Shown here: positions 50,187 through 62,909 of the stretch, one piece after another
How positions within the stretch are numbered: position 1 is the stretch's first letter
Layout: each line of letters opens with the position of its first letter
From: Squalus acanthias
Taxonomy: Eukaryota
Assembly: GCA_030390025.1 (NCBI GenBank)
Contig: CM059432.1
Location: 117,926,001 to 117,990,000 of the forward strand
Direction: 5' to 3'
DNA length: 64,000 bases
The notes under the pieces: model-generated
What the model saw: only the letters and a program-made list of their open reading frames with translations
What the model was told of the DNA's origin: nothing
Database searches by the model: none
Position numbers and translations under genes: made by a program

Positions 50187-50515
50187 TCCGGACTCGAGTC
50201 GTCGTTGGCTTGTTCACAGATGTGATTCCCAGTAAAAAATTAAAAATTTTCCCAGTAAAAAAGTAAAAATTTTAAAGCTTTTCGTTTTACATACAGACGG
50301 CAGCTTTTGACACGTTAGACCCCCTGCGACTCCACCTCATTGTCTCAGTTGTATCTTGCTATGTCTTTGATGTGGTACCTTTCTGGCTGACCTGATTAAA
50401 TTTATCACACCTCGGCAGATAGTCAGGATGATTTAATTTAGTTGTCTGCAATTGTAAGGTACACATGCATTGTTCTCTATCTATATATGCTTTGGCGATT
50501 CTGTATCTTTTTACT

Positions 50516-50554
50516 TCACCCGACGAAGGAGTAGTAAGCTCCGAAAGCTTGTGA
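50516..50554 (+). ncRNA. Minimal hammerhead-ribozyme-like motif in the forward pLTR
   Basis: TCAC-CCGACGA-A-GGAG-tagtaag-CTCC-GAAA-GCTT-GTGA; stems TCAC/GTGA and GGAG/CTCC. Confidence 0.6.
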
Positions 50555-50929
50555 TTTCAAATAAAACTGTTGGACTATAACCTGGTGTTGTGCGACCTCT
50601 CTAATAAGCAAGCACATGGATGAGCAACTCATCCTGTTTCTGTCCTTCACTTGTTCTACCCACATATATTACATTTTGGTGACAAGGATGGGACCCGAAA
50701 GCCATTTTTAGGGATCATACAAGGACACAGTGTTCAACCTTCGAGTGGAAAAGTTTAAGGTGAATTTGCGACACCTAAACTGAATTTTTGCGATGTTTTA
50801 CCGTTAATGCTCATGCAGAATTGTCTGTACTTCGCCTTCGTGTGTATGTGTACACAGCGACAGCGGCAATGGTTCTAACAGGTACACAGGTAGCGTGCTG
50901 AGTCACTGTTCAACGGGATCGGGACAATC

Positions 50930-53900
50930 ATGGCCGCACCTACGGGATTCATATAGATACATAGATACATAGAAGATAGGAGCAGGAGTAGGCCATCCGG
51001 CCCTTCGAGCCTGCTCCGCCATTTAATGAGATCATGGCTGATCCTCCAATTCAGTATCCCATCCCCGCCTTCTCTCCGTAACCCTTAACCCCTTTTGCCT
51101 GTAGAAATATATCTAATTCCCTCTTAAATATATTTAATGAGCTGGCGTACACTGCCCTCTGTGGCAATGAGTTCCACAGGTTCACCACCCTCTGAGTGAA
51201 GAAATTCCCCCTCATTTCTGTCCTAAATGGTTTAACCCTTATCCTTAAATTATGTCCTCTAGTTCTGTTCTCACCCGCCAAGGGAAACATTCCTTCTGCA
51301 TCTAGTCTGTCTAGACCTGTCAGAATTTTATACACTTCTATGAGGTCCCCTCTCAATCTTCTAAACTCCAGTGTGTACATCCCTAAACTACATAGTCTCT
51401 CCTCATAGGTCAATCCCGCCATTCCTGGTATCAGCCTGGTGAATCGCCGCTGCACCCCCTCCATGGCAAGAACATCTTTCCTCAGATGAGGCGACCAAAA
51501 CTGTACACAGTACTCGAGGTGTGGTCTCACCAGTGCCCTGTACAGCTGCAGCAAGGTATCCCTGTTCCTGTATTCCAACCCTTTTGCTATGAAGGCCAGC
51601 ATACCGTTTGCCTTCTTGACCGCCTGTTGCACCTGCATGCTCGCCTTCAGTGACTGGTGTACAAGAACACCCAGGTCTCTCTGTACTTCCCCCTCTCCCA
51701 ATTTATTGCCATTTAAATAATAATTTGCCCTCCCGTTCCTGCACCCAAGGTGGATAACTTCGCACTTGTCCACATTATAGTGCATCTGCCATTTATCCGC
51801 CCAATCACCCAGTCTGTCCAAATCGCTCTGGAGCTTCCTGGTCTCCTCCTCTGAGCCCACCCCCCCTCCTAGTTTAGTGTCGTCTGCAAATTTGGAAATG
51901 CTGCATCCGACTCCCTGATCCAGGTCATTAATGTAAATTGTGAACAGCTGGGGACCCAGGAAAGATCCCTGTGGTACCCCACTTGTTACTGCCTGCCATT
52001 CAGAAAATTCATTGGAAGCTTCGGCATGTTTGACCGAGCTCGCGAACCATTCAGTTCTTACATTGAGCGGATGGAGATGTTTTTTAAGGCCAATAACATT
52101 ATTGAGACCGAAGATGCAGATGAGAATGTTCAAGCTCAAAATAAAGTAATTCGTGAACAGAAGAAAGCAGTTTTTCTAACGGAGATCGGGCCAGATGTCT
52201 ACGGAACGTTGACAAGCCTACTCGCGCCAGGGAAAGTGAAGGATCCGTCGTTTGAAGACATTGTCGAGAAACTCAAGGACCATTTTGACCCAAAGCCATT
52301 AGAAATAGCAGAGAGTTATAAGTTTGGTACCAGAAACCAAAAAGAAAGTGAAACCATCAGTGAGTACATTAAGAACCTGTCCTTGCATTGTAACTTCGGC
52401 ACATTCTTGGATTGTACGTTGTAAGATAAGTTTGCGTGTGGACTGGTGGATGAGCACACACAGTCCAAGTTATTAAACACAACGTTTGACATAGCATGCA
52501 AAATTGCCCTATGTATGGAGATGGCGTCTAAGAATGCTAGGGAGCTCTGTCCAACTCAAGTGACGAGTGCAGGTGAGGTCTACAGGCAGAAAGCCACCGC
52601 CAAACCTAAAGCTGTGAGACCGAGTCAAAAGCATGTCGGTGAGAGCAGTTCAGTGAATTGTTATCGCTGCAATGGAAATCACTCACCACAGTCCTGCCAA
52701 TACAGAAATGCAAAGTGTTTTCATTGCCACAAGCAAGGCCATATTTCAACAGCTTGCAGAGCTAGATCGAAAGCAGGAAGTAAGAACCATTCTAGTGGCA
52801 ATGCAAAGCAGCGACAACAAAAGGGAGGAGTTCACAATATTGAAGTGAACACACCTGATGTTGAAGAACTAGGCATCTACAGGTATCTATGCCACTAGCG
52901 GCAACGCTAGCAGTCGTGAGAAAGACTTTTGTTAAAAACTTTTGATCGATGACCAATATATTAATATGTGTATCGACACGGGGGCTGACTACTCTGTCAT
53001 GAGTAAGGACACATATGAGAGTAAGTTTAATCAAATACCACTTACAAAGAGTACCGTAGAGTTAAAAACCTACTCTGGAGAAATCCTAGAGCCATGTGGA
53101 CAAATGAATTGTAAAGTTCAACACAATAGCCAGTCAGTAAAGCTGCCTATTATTGCAGCGAGCTACAACAACAGGCCAACCCTCATGCGCAAAGACTGGT
53201 TGAGAAAGTTAAAACTAGACTGGAAAAACATCTTCAGTGTAGATGCTTCAAAGAAGCGACTCGACACAATGCTGAACAAGTACGAAAGCATGTTCACAGA
53301 CAGTTATGAGGGCATCACTGGGTATGACGCACATACCCGCATCAAGTCCAACGTGAAGCCTGTCTATTGTAAGGCAAGGCCGGTCCCTTATGCGCTGAAA
53401 AATCAGGTGGAGGAAGAGCTAGCGAAGCTCAGAGAAAACGGAGTGCTGGTAAAAACTGACAAAATTGAATGGGCTAACTCAATTGTGGTAGTGCCCAAAG
53501 CAGACAAAACTATCTGCTTGTGCGGTGACTACAAAGTTACTATTAGCCAAGCAGTTGACGATGAGCAGTACCTGTTACCTACATCGCAAAATTTGTATGC
53601 AGCACTCTCTGGATCAAAAGTTTTCTCCAAGCTTGACCTGTCGCACACTTACGCTCAGCTGAATGTTGACAAAGAGAGTCAACAGTATCTCACCACCAAC
53701 ACACACAAGGGACTGTACTCATACATCAAGCTGCCGTATGGTGTAAAGTCTCCTCCAAAATCTTCCAGGCTACAATGGATAAGATTTTGCAAGGAGTTCC
53801 AAATTGCTTATGCAATCAAGACGATGTGCTGATCACAACAAGCAGCGAGGAAGAAAATCTAGAAATGTTAGATATAGTGCTTCAAAGGTTGAATGCCCAC

Positions 53901-55192
53901 ACGTCAATTGGAAAAGGAGCAAATGTGCTTTTGTGCAGCCTAAGGTTGTGTACCTTGGTCTGAAAGTTGATGCAAATGGCTTGCAACCAGTGAAGGAAAA
54001 GATTGATGCTGTCATCAATGCTCCAAACCACAGAATGTGTCTGAGTTAAGATTTTTCCTTGGAATGGTCCTGTCCTATGCACGTTTCTTACCTGAGTTAG
54101 CGACCATGTTAGTTCCATTGCACGAGCTCCTCAAGAAGGATGTCCAGTGGAAGTGGACGAAAGCACAACAGGAAACTTATGACGCTTGTAAGAGAAGTCT
54201 CTCTAGTGATGTTCTACTTGTGCACTACGACACAGAGCGTGAGCTTAAGTTAGCTTGTGATGCTTCCAGTTACGGTGTAGGAGCTGTCATCAGCCACGTA
54301 ATGGATGACGCCCAAGAGAAACCAATCGTGTTCACTTCACGAACCCTCACAAAGAGTGAAAGAAACTACGCACAAATTGAAAAGGAAGCACTCGCCATAG
54401 TGTTTGGAATCAAGAAATTCCAACAGTTCCTGATCGGCAGAAAGTTTACCCTGATAACTGATCACAAACCGCTCCTAGCAATATTGGGGCCCAAATCTGC
54501 CATCCCTGCAATGGCCGCACCAAGAATGCAACGTTGGCCAGTGTTGTTGTCACAATATGACTACACGATTGAATATCGCACTTCAAAGCAGAACGCAATC
54601 ACAGATGCCTTGTTCAGGTTGCCACATGAGGACTCGTGTGTTGGGAGTGAAGGTGAGATTTTCATGCTAGGTGCAATTGACAAAGACTTTCCCGTGAATG
54701 CAACTGAGATTGCAGATGAGACTCAAAAGGACTCAGTACTGAAAAGAGTGTATGAAAACACCTTGAATGGATGAACTGATCAGTGTATGGACACAGAATT
54801 GAGACCATTCCATACTGAATTGTCTTGTGAGTAAGGTTGTATCAAATGGGGAAACAGAGTCGTGGTACCTATTCCTTTGAGAGAGAATTCTGGCTGAACT
54901 TCATACTGAACATCCAGGGATCGTCAGTCTGAAATCAATTGCAAGATGCTTTGTTTACTGGCCTGGATTGGACAGTGATCTTGAACCACTTGATCATGAA
55001 CACATACATGAGTTTGACTCAGTTCAGACTTCAGTAACTGAAGGATCAGGTTCAAACAATTCTGAGATAGAAACAGGATCATCTTTGAGTTCGGAACCAA
55101 AACAAAACAGCTTGAAAATTGGTTCAACACCAAAACCTTCTTTAAGGAGATCAGGAAGGCTCTGCAAACCTGTTATTAAACTGGATTTGTAG
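50930..55192 (+). pseudogene. Decayed gag-pol of the Mag-like Gypsy element; integrase core deleted
   Basis: MAAPTGFI|GSFGMFD..YIERMEMFFKAN; two Cys/His knuckles (CYRCNGNH, CFHCHKQGH); IDTGAD; LCGDYK, FSKLDL, NQDD; LACDASSYG..YAQIEKEALA..TDHKPL; HPGI..YWPGLDSDLE then jumps to RRSGR..KLDL. Confidence 0.9.
50953..52006 (-). mobile_element. Young 5'-truncated CR1, nearly identical to 11080-12145
   Basis: Open ORF2 C-terminus; (CATAGATA)n tail; TSD ATTCAT (50947-50952 / 52007-52012) inside Gypsy gag. Confidence 0.95.
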
Positions 55193-56356
55193 TTCATTTA
55201 AAAAAAAAGCCAGGAGTTTTTGTTATGTGGTACATGTAATGCTGGGAAAGGTGGGACCATAGCTTTGTTGTATTTGAGAGGGGAATATATACATTTTTTA
55301 AGGGGCAAGCAGTATAATGTATAATCACATGATGTATCACATGGTTTAGTATGAGCATGTTCAGTTCGCTCTGGCCTAGTAAAGCAAGCTCATGCACTAG
55401 CAACTCATCGTGTCTCTGTCCTTCATTTGTTCCACCCACATATAATACACACATAAAAGCAGAAAAAACATTACCATGTGATCCCTATTAATGTTTTCCA
55501 AGAAAAATCAATGGAGGATTTTAGCCTGAGTTCAAAATGATGCCAACAATGCCAGCGCACATTTAAAGTTGCTCAAAGAATTGGATCCCACTCATCAAAC
55601 TGGAATTCGAACACAATGGAAATCATAATCCATGATCTTTATTCTTTCCTGTCCTTATTAGCTTTCAAAACGACATTGCGCAGCTGCTCAATGGTAGAGT
55701 GTGCTCCATTATTATCGATGACACCCTGAGGAGATTGCTTGATTGGTTCATATCCTATTGTGCACTGGAGTATCTCTTGAAGATATCGTCAATTAAGTCT
55801 GACTATTATCAGCTTAGGGTCATTTTCTGTCAATCTGAAAGTTGTATTTTGAAACATTAATAAAATTTTTAAAAATAATGCAGAATAATGCATGATGGAA
55901 GTGACTACAAGAACAATTATGATTGTTAGATTCTGATGATATCCAGAGGTGAGATTACTCTCATTGTCATCAATCATTTATTTATAAAAATCATTGTTTT
56001 ATATTTATAAAGGTTATGACATTAAGTTTGACCTGTTATGAAAAACCATTTTTTACCACAGTGACGACTGATGGTCCAGATATTCAGTCAGTATATTCAT
56101 GACTATGTCCTTACGGAAAATCTACATTTGTGATTTAATCAGTGTAATTTTATAGGAACAAAAGTGGGTGCTCACGAATTTAACCCCCGAATACTGCTGC
56201 TATATCTGGAGAGGCTGTTCGAGCACCTCTTCTGTTCTCCAAGACAGGAAACAAGAAAAAACTTGTCATGTCACAGCAAATCCTTCTCTCAACTCTAGTC
56301 TTCAATTTATTTTCTCAAGTCAACCTTTTGTGACTCTATTTTCTTGACCCTTCTAC

Positions 56357-57390
56357 AACAACAACAGCAACTTGTATTTATATAGCACCTTTAACGTAGT
56401 AAAATGTCCCAAGGCACTTCACAGGAGTGTTATAAGACAAAATTTGACACCGAGCCACACAAGGAGATATTAGGGTAGGTGACCAAATGCTTGATCAAAG
56501 AGATAGGTTTTAAGGAGCGTCTTAAAGGAGGAAAGAGAGGTAGAGAGGTTTAGGGAGGGAATTCTAGCGCTTAGGGCCTAGGCAACAGAAGGCACGGCCA
56601 CCAATGGTGGAGCGATTAAAATCGGGGATGCGCAAGAGGCAAGAATTGGAGGAGCGCAGAGATCTAGGGCTGGAGAGGTTACAGAGACAGGGAGGGGCGA
56701 GGCCATGGAGGAATTTGAAAACAAGGATAAGAATTTTAAAATCGAAGTGTTGCCGGACTGGGAGCCAATGTAGAGTAGCGAGCACAAGGGTGATGGGTGA
56801 ACAGGGCTTGGTGCGAACTAGGATACGGGCAGCAGAGTTTTGGTTGAGCTCAAGATACAGAGGGTGCAAGATTGTCGACCGGCCAGGAGTGCATTGGAAT
56901 AGTCAAGTCCAGAGGTAACAAAGGCATGGATGAGGGTTTTAGCAGCAGATGAGCTGAGGCGGGGCGAAGACGGGTGATGTTACGGAGGTGGAAGTAGGCA
57001 GTCATGGTGAAGGAGTGGATATGTGGTCGGAATCTCATTTCAGGGTCAAATATAACACCAAGGTTGGGACAGTCTGGTTCAGCCTCAGACAGATACTAGG
57101 GAGAGGGATGGAGTTGGTGGCTATGGCACGGAGTTTGTGGCGGGGACCAAAGACAATGGTTTCGGTCTGCCCAATATTTAGTTGGAGAAAATTTCAGCTC
57201 ATCCAGTACTGGATGTTGGACAAGCAGTCTGACAATTTAGAGACCCTGGAGGGGTTGAGTGAAGAGGTAGTGAGGTAGAGCTGGGTGTCATCAGCGTACA
57301 TGTGGAAACTGATGCTGTGTTTTTGGATGATGTCGCCGAGGATCAGATTGTAGATGAGAAATAGCAGGGGGCCAAGGATAGATCCTATGA
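56357..57390 (-). mobile_element. L2-type LINE 3' end
   Basis: YADDTQLY, QNSAARIL..ITLVLATLHWLPV..FKIL..RSLRS..GGRAF; tail aaggtgctatataaatacaag(ttg)n. Confidence 0.9.
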
Positions 57391-57708
57391 TCTTCTTTAT
57401 ACGATTTTCCTTTCTTATTCCTCCCTAAGCTATAAATATATCATCCTACCTTCTGTTCTTTCTCCCTGCATCTTCATTGTGTTGAAATCAAGGCCACCTT
57501 CTACTCGAACTCATCCTGACGTGGGAATTCAAAACAGAAACTCCTCTTTGTCTACCTCTCCTCCTAGAAGTCTAAACATTTAAAATGCATGTATGACATG
57601 ACCTAACCATTTCTTGATTTACCTCAAGTTCTCTCCTATTCTTTTCAACCTTAGTACGGGCTCTCATTAGGTCCTTGGTCATTTGCCTAAAAGTTGCTAA
57701 AATTTTAA

Positions 57709-58601
57709 GGGGGAAAAATTCAGTATCGTCCCGTTTGGGGCGCAATTATCGGCCGGGCGAAAAGATTAGCACCTGGCGCTAATTATCGCCTCCGACTGCA
57801 AACTTGACTTTTATCGCCCCGTGAGGTGATTGGAGCGCTAAATCAGGCGCTACACATCTGTCTTAAGGCGCAAAGGCCGAGGAGCGAGGCGCTAACTCAG
57901 AGCGCTGGTGAAGCTCATGTGATGTCAGTCAGCAATGGAACACAGACACAATGGCGCTGGCCAGTTCTTAAAGGGGAGGGTTGATCTTGCTTTCCATCCA
58001 CATCCTGCTCATTGCAGCCTTGAATCTCGGCCTGGAGAGACCTGTACATCAAATCTGCTGGAAAGAACAATGGAGAGAACCAGGGAAAGAGCACAGAGTG
58101 CAAGCCCCACAGTCTCTTCTAAATCGATGCAAGGAAGGTCAAATCAAAATTAACCTGCAAAGTGCTGCTCAGTACCCAAAACTCCTTCACACAGCGTTGA
58201 ATCTCTCCAGAAGTCTCTCTCTCTCTCTGTCTGAATGTGTGGTTCAAAAATGTCACCAACAAAAAAAGGCAGGAAGCGGTCGCCTTTAAATAGCGCTCCC
58301 CCAGTCCCTTCCTGACTGCAAAACGCTCCCCTCAACCTGTCGTTGCTAGCGGCAGGCGGTAAGGCAGGGGGCGCCACTCAATATCCGCTCCGGGGCGCTA
58401 CCGGGGCATTGCGCACTCGACTGACGTCACAATCTGCTGGCGCAGGAGATCGTGGCGGTAGTGTTTAGGGCTGCCGCAAAATGTCTAGTTAATTTCGCGA
58501 GCGGCGCAAACATCGCCGCGCCCGGGCGCCAGTTGCTTTGTGCCCCATTAGCGGCCACTTAAGGCGCTAACGGGAGGCGCAACCAACTGAATTTTTCCCC
58601 C
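57709..58601. mobile_element. Harbinger MITE
   Basis: TIR GGGGGAAAAATTCAG / CTGAATTTTTCCCCC with exact TAA TSD (57706-57708 / 58602-58604); CpG-rich subterminal regions with repeated GGCGC motifs. Confidence 0.9.
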
Positions 58602-58635
58602 TAAAAATTTTGTTCACTGAATGATACTTTCCAAT

Positions 58636-60478
58636 CATAGGAAGAGGAAGAGGACATTCAGCCCCTCGAGCCTGTTCCGCCATTCAATTAGATCATGGCT
58701 GATCTGTATCTTAACTCCATCTACCCGCCTTGGTTCCGTAACCCTTAATACGCTTGCCCCTCAAAAATCTGTCAATCTCAGTTTTGAAATTTTCAACTGA
58801 CCCCCTGCCTCAATAGCATTTTGTGGGAGAGAGTTCCAGATTTCCATTACCCTTTGTGGGGAGAAGTGCTTTCTGACATCGCCCCTGAACAGCCTAGCTC
58901 CAATTTTAAGGTTGTGTCCCCTTGTTCTGGACTCCCCCAGCAGAGGAAATAGTTTCTCTCTATCTACCCTATCAAATCCTTCAATCATCTTAAACACCTC
59001 AATTAGATCACTCCTTAATTTTTTATATTCAAGGGAATACAAGTCAAGTCTATGCAACCTGTCCTCATAACTTAACCTTTGTAGCCCCGGTATCATTTTA
59101 GTGAATCTACGTTGTACCACTCTCCAAGGCCAATATATCCTTCCTGAGGTGCGGTGCCCAGAACTGAATGCAGTTCTCCAGATGGTTTCTAACTAGAGCT
59201 CTGTACAGCTGTAACATAACTTCCACCTCTTTGTATTCCAGCCCTTTTGAGCTAAAGGCCAACATTCCATTAGCCTTTTTAATTATTTTTTGTACCTGTC
59301 CATTAGCTTTTAGTGATTTATGTACTTCGACCCCTAAATCTCTCTTCTCCACAGTTCCTAGTTTCTCGCTATTTAGTAAATACTCTGATCTATCTTTCTT
59401 AGGTCCAAAGAGGATGACCTCACACTTCCCCATATTGAACTCTATCTGCCACAGTTTTACCCACTCACTTAATCTATCAATGTCCCTTTTCAACTGTCTG
59501 CTCTCATCTACACTATTTACTGTGCCAGCTAACTTAGTGCCATCAGCAAACTTAGATATACAACTCTCTACTCCTTCATCCAAGTCATTTATAAATATAG
59601 TGAAAAGCTGCAGCCCCATTATGGATCCCTGGGTGACACCACGAGTCACATTCTACCAATGTAAGTACACACCCATTGTCCCTACTCTCTGTCTCCTACC
59701 TTCTAACCAATTCCCTATCCAAGCCAATAGGTTGCCTCCAGTTGCATGCACTTTCATTTATGTTAGCAGTTTCTAATGTGGAACCTTGTCGAATGTCTTC
59801 TGAAAATCCATATTATCAACATCCATAGACACCCCCTTATCTACCACATCAGTAACTCCCTCAAAAAATTCAGCAATGTTCATTAGACATGACTTACCCT
59901 TTACAAATCCATGCCGACTCTCTCTGATCAGTTCATCTTTGTCCAAGTGCTTAGTCACTCTGCCCCTAATGATGGATTCCACAACTGACGTTAGACTAAT
60001 AGGTCTATAATTTTCTAGTTTATCTTTCTTACCCTTCTTAAATAGTGGAGTGACATTGGCTATTTTCCAATCCAACTGGACAATTCCTGAATTGAGAGTT
60101 TTGGAAGATCATGACTAACGCATCAACAATTTCCTCACCTAGTTCTTTTAATACCCTGGGGTGGAAACCATCGGGTCCTGGGGTTTGTCTTTCTTTAATC
60201 AGATTAGTTTCTTATTCACCATTTTTTTTACTTGTATTGAATCTAGTTAGTTCCTCCCCTTGATTTATTTGTATTTTTCCTTGTATCTCTGGTACTTTAT
60301 CCTTATCTCTACTGTGAAGACCAATACAAAGTAACTACTTAGTAAGTCTGTCATTTCCTGATTTCCAATTACAATATCACCTGCGTCCTTACTCTTAGCC
60401 ACCCTCATTCTCTTAATATATTTGTAAAAATCTTTATTATTGTCCTTGATATCCCTCACAAGTTTTTTCTCATTTTCC
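58636..60478 (-). mobile_element. Decayed CR1-type LINE (RT plus 3' UTR)
   Basis: [50 protein letters not shown]. Confidence 0.9.
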
Positions 60479-60719
60479 CACATTTATTGCCCATCCCTAG
60501 TTGGTGGTGGCGGGCCTTTTCTTGAATTGTTGCTATAGAAAGCATTAAGAGTCAAGCATGTAGTTTTAGACTGGAGTCACATCAAGGCCAGACAAGGTAG
60601 TTTCCATTCCCTGAAGGTTATTACTGAACCGATTGGATTCTGATAATAATCCAGCAGATTTTGTGGTCCAGTACCAAAATTATTGAATCTATTTTCACGA
60701 ATTTATTTAGAATTACCAT

Positions 60720-61072
60720 CATTAAATCCTCCACCATCAACATCCTGGGGGTCACCATTGACCAGAAACGTAACTGGACCAGCCATATAAATAGTGTGGC
60801 AAAAAGAACAGGTCAGAGGCTGGGTATTCTGGGATGAGTGTCTCATCTCCTGACTCCCCAAATCCTTTCCACCACCTACAAGGCACAAGTCAGGAGTGTG
60901 ATGGAATACTCTCCACTTGCTGGATGAGTGCAACTCCAACAACACTCAAGTAGCTCGACACCATCCAGACAAAGCAGCCCGCTTGATTGGCACACCATCA
61001 CCGCATTAAACATTCACTCCTTCCACCACTGGCGCACCGTGGCTGCAGTGTGTACCATCTACAAGATGCACT
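60720..61072 (+). mobile_element. LINE RT C-terminal fragment (CR1/L2-group, different family)
   Basis: INILGVTIDQK.NWTSHIN..GQRLGIL..YKAQVRSVMEYSPLA..LDTIQ.KAARLIG. Confidence 0.7.
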
Positions 61073-61265
61073 TGATTATTAATATCAATATAACATGTTA
61101 ATTCATTGCATAGGTACCACAATGCATGTTTTGACCTGATGACCTCAGTGTTATTCTGTTTGAGAAAGGTCACTCTTAGTCTAACAACTAAGGGATCTCC
61201 CAGACAACTGACTTCTTTGGAAGCAGCAACCCAGCCATTTTGACAGGTGGAAGCACAGACATATA

Positions 61266-61919
61266 GGGGTAGAGTTTCTGCTTTGGGCGCAATTGGTATT
61301 CTGGGCGCAAACTGCGCTTGAAATTGCACGGGTTTTCCAAAGTGAATTTATGGTTCAAGTGTCCACTCTAACTCATTTGTATAATCATAAATATAAAATC
61401 GTCCATGAACCAGCGATGATAACCTAGTGCAGTTTTATTAATACAGCTGAAAATGGGTTTATCATAAAAAATAGTAGTTTTTAATCTGAGTGTCCAGTCC
61501 ACCACCTGTGAGTAACCTGAATTTAATTCACTGAAAACGACTTTAATAAACTATATTGAACTATTTACTAGTTTCATTGGTGTACACTATTCCGTTTCTT
61601 GGTATGTTCGTGCTAGTGTCTTTGCGCTTAAAAAAAAATAGTTTAACTTGAAGAGCCTTCTCGAAAGGTCGCAAACGGGCACAATCGGCAGGAACTGGCC
61701 ACGCCCATTATCTCTATCTGGGGGCATGGCCAATTTTGTGGGCGGGGCCAGCTTCCAGCATGATCTTTTTTAAAGGAGCGTTAAAGATTGCGGATAGTCG
61801 AGTTACACTGGCCGTAACTTGCGTTTAAAATTCCTCGATCTTGACAACTGGTTTGGCCAATTTTTGGCGAATAAATTTTGGCTGGTAAAACCAATGCAAA
61901 CTAATGGAAACTCTAGGCC
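61266..61919. mobile_element. Harbinger-like MITE
   Basis: Imperfect TIRs GGGGTAGAGTTTC / GAAACTCTAGGCC. Confidence 0.55.
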
Positions 61920-62909
61920 AAAGTGTGATATTTATACTATTTACTCTAAATTAACTGCTGCTGGCAGCTCCTCTAATTCAAGTTGCTGCTGAGCAGTAAT
62001 CTGTAGCTCAGCAAAATATCGTGCATAGCATGTGCATGTGAATTTAACAATGGCATCCATCCAAAGGATATTCCAAGATGCAGCCCACAAGATCGCAATA
62101 CATTCCCAGAGTTTGTTTATAACCAGCCTCTGCGAATGACCACGGTTGACAAATTTTAACAAATTTGCAAAATCTTTGTGTACATGGTCATAGCAAGTCG
62201 AAGGAAATAAGCTGCAGCGAGCTGCAAAAGAAATTTGCTTTTATAGGATGAAGGTTGCACAAGGAGCAAGTTGAAACCATTGGCGTGATACGACTTCACA
62301 TTTTAATAGATTTGCAAAAGCTTTGTGTGTAGGGTTGTATCAGGTATAATGATGAATTTGCTAAACACAGTTGTGGGGCACTGAAAATATTGGGACTGCA
62401 TCATCGGACTTGCGTTAGACAACATAGTACTTCCAGAGGTTGTAGAATGCATGTTAAAATTTAAATCACGAAGAATACATATATTGAGGTAAAATACTTT
62501 TGCTGCGATGAAAGTATCAACTTTTATCAGCACTTCATTTAACAAACTGTATAGATAGTGCTGTGTACTTGATAAGCTTCCGTCTGTCCCTTGCTGGACT
62601 ATGTTGTGTGCAATGCTGCCACTGTGCAAATGCATACCCACAATGGAACTTTAAATAATAAAAAATGAGGATATTGAGGAAAAGATATTTTTATACAAGG
62701 AAGTGCTGCCATTTCTCAGCAGGCATCACTCTATAATATTTGTACAATTCTGTAGGCCCAGCTTGTGACTTGTACAAAGCATTGCTAATATGTTTTTTGT
62801 GTCGCATGTTTCATGCTACTTCTGGTGTCAATTTCCTTCTGTGAAAGTAAATTTAATTGCTTTCTTTGCTAAATCTTTCATTGCACTTGACTTATGAACT
62901 TATACACTG

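Larger units (their letters stand above)
34390..50601. mobile_element. Penelope-like element with 5' inversion; inverted pLTR 35195-35412 plus 48182-48273, forward pLTR 50292-50601
   Basis: Two ~310-bp pLTR copies in opposite orientation (about 4 differences seen); RT plus GIY-YIG ORF; provirus inserted into the inverted pLTR. Confidence 0.92.
34326..55449 (+). mobile_element. Old Ty3/Gypsy (Mag-like) LTR retrotransposon, outermost layer of the nest; 5' LTR 34326-34389 plus 50602-50673, 3' LTR 55313-55449
   Basis: The two 5' LTR halves join to match the ~137-bp 3' LTR; 5-bp TSD CACGT / CACAT; PBS TGGTGACAAGGATGGGA at 50677 (CpG-decayed tRNA-Ser-type TGGCGACGAGGATGGGA); PPT AAGGGGCAAGCAG before 55313. 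Confidence 0.85.

Noticed and set aside
51970..52139. N-terminal extension of the 362-aa CR1 ORF
   Set aside because: Beyond 52006 it is antisense Gypsy gag fused by chance at the insertion junction.
55625..55860. Stretch with about 65 open codons on + and a TGA-interrupted frame on -, each after an acceptor-like site (possible exon or selenoprotein)
   Set aside because: No recognisable homology, no donor pairing or SECIS seen; compatible with chance.
61941..62641. Minus-strand ORFs of 73 and 112 aa in unique-looking DNA
   Set aside because: No motifs or convincing splice structure.
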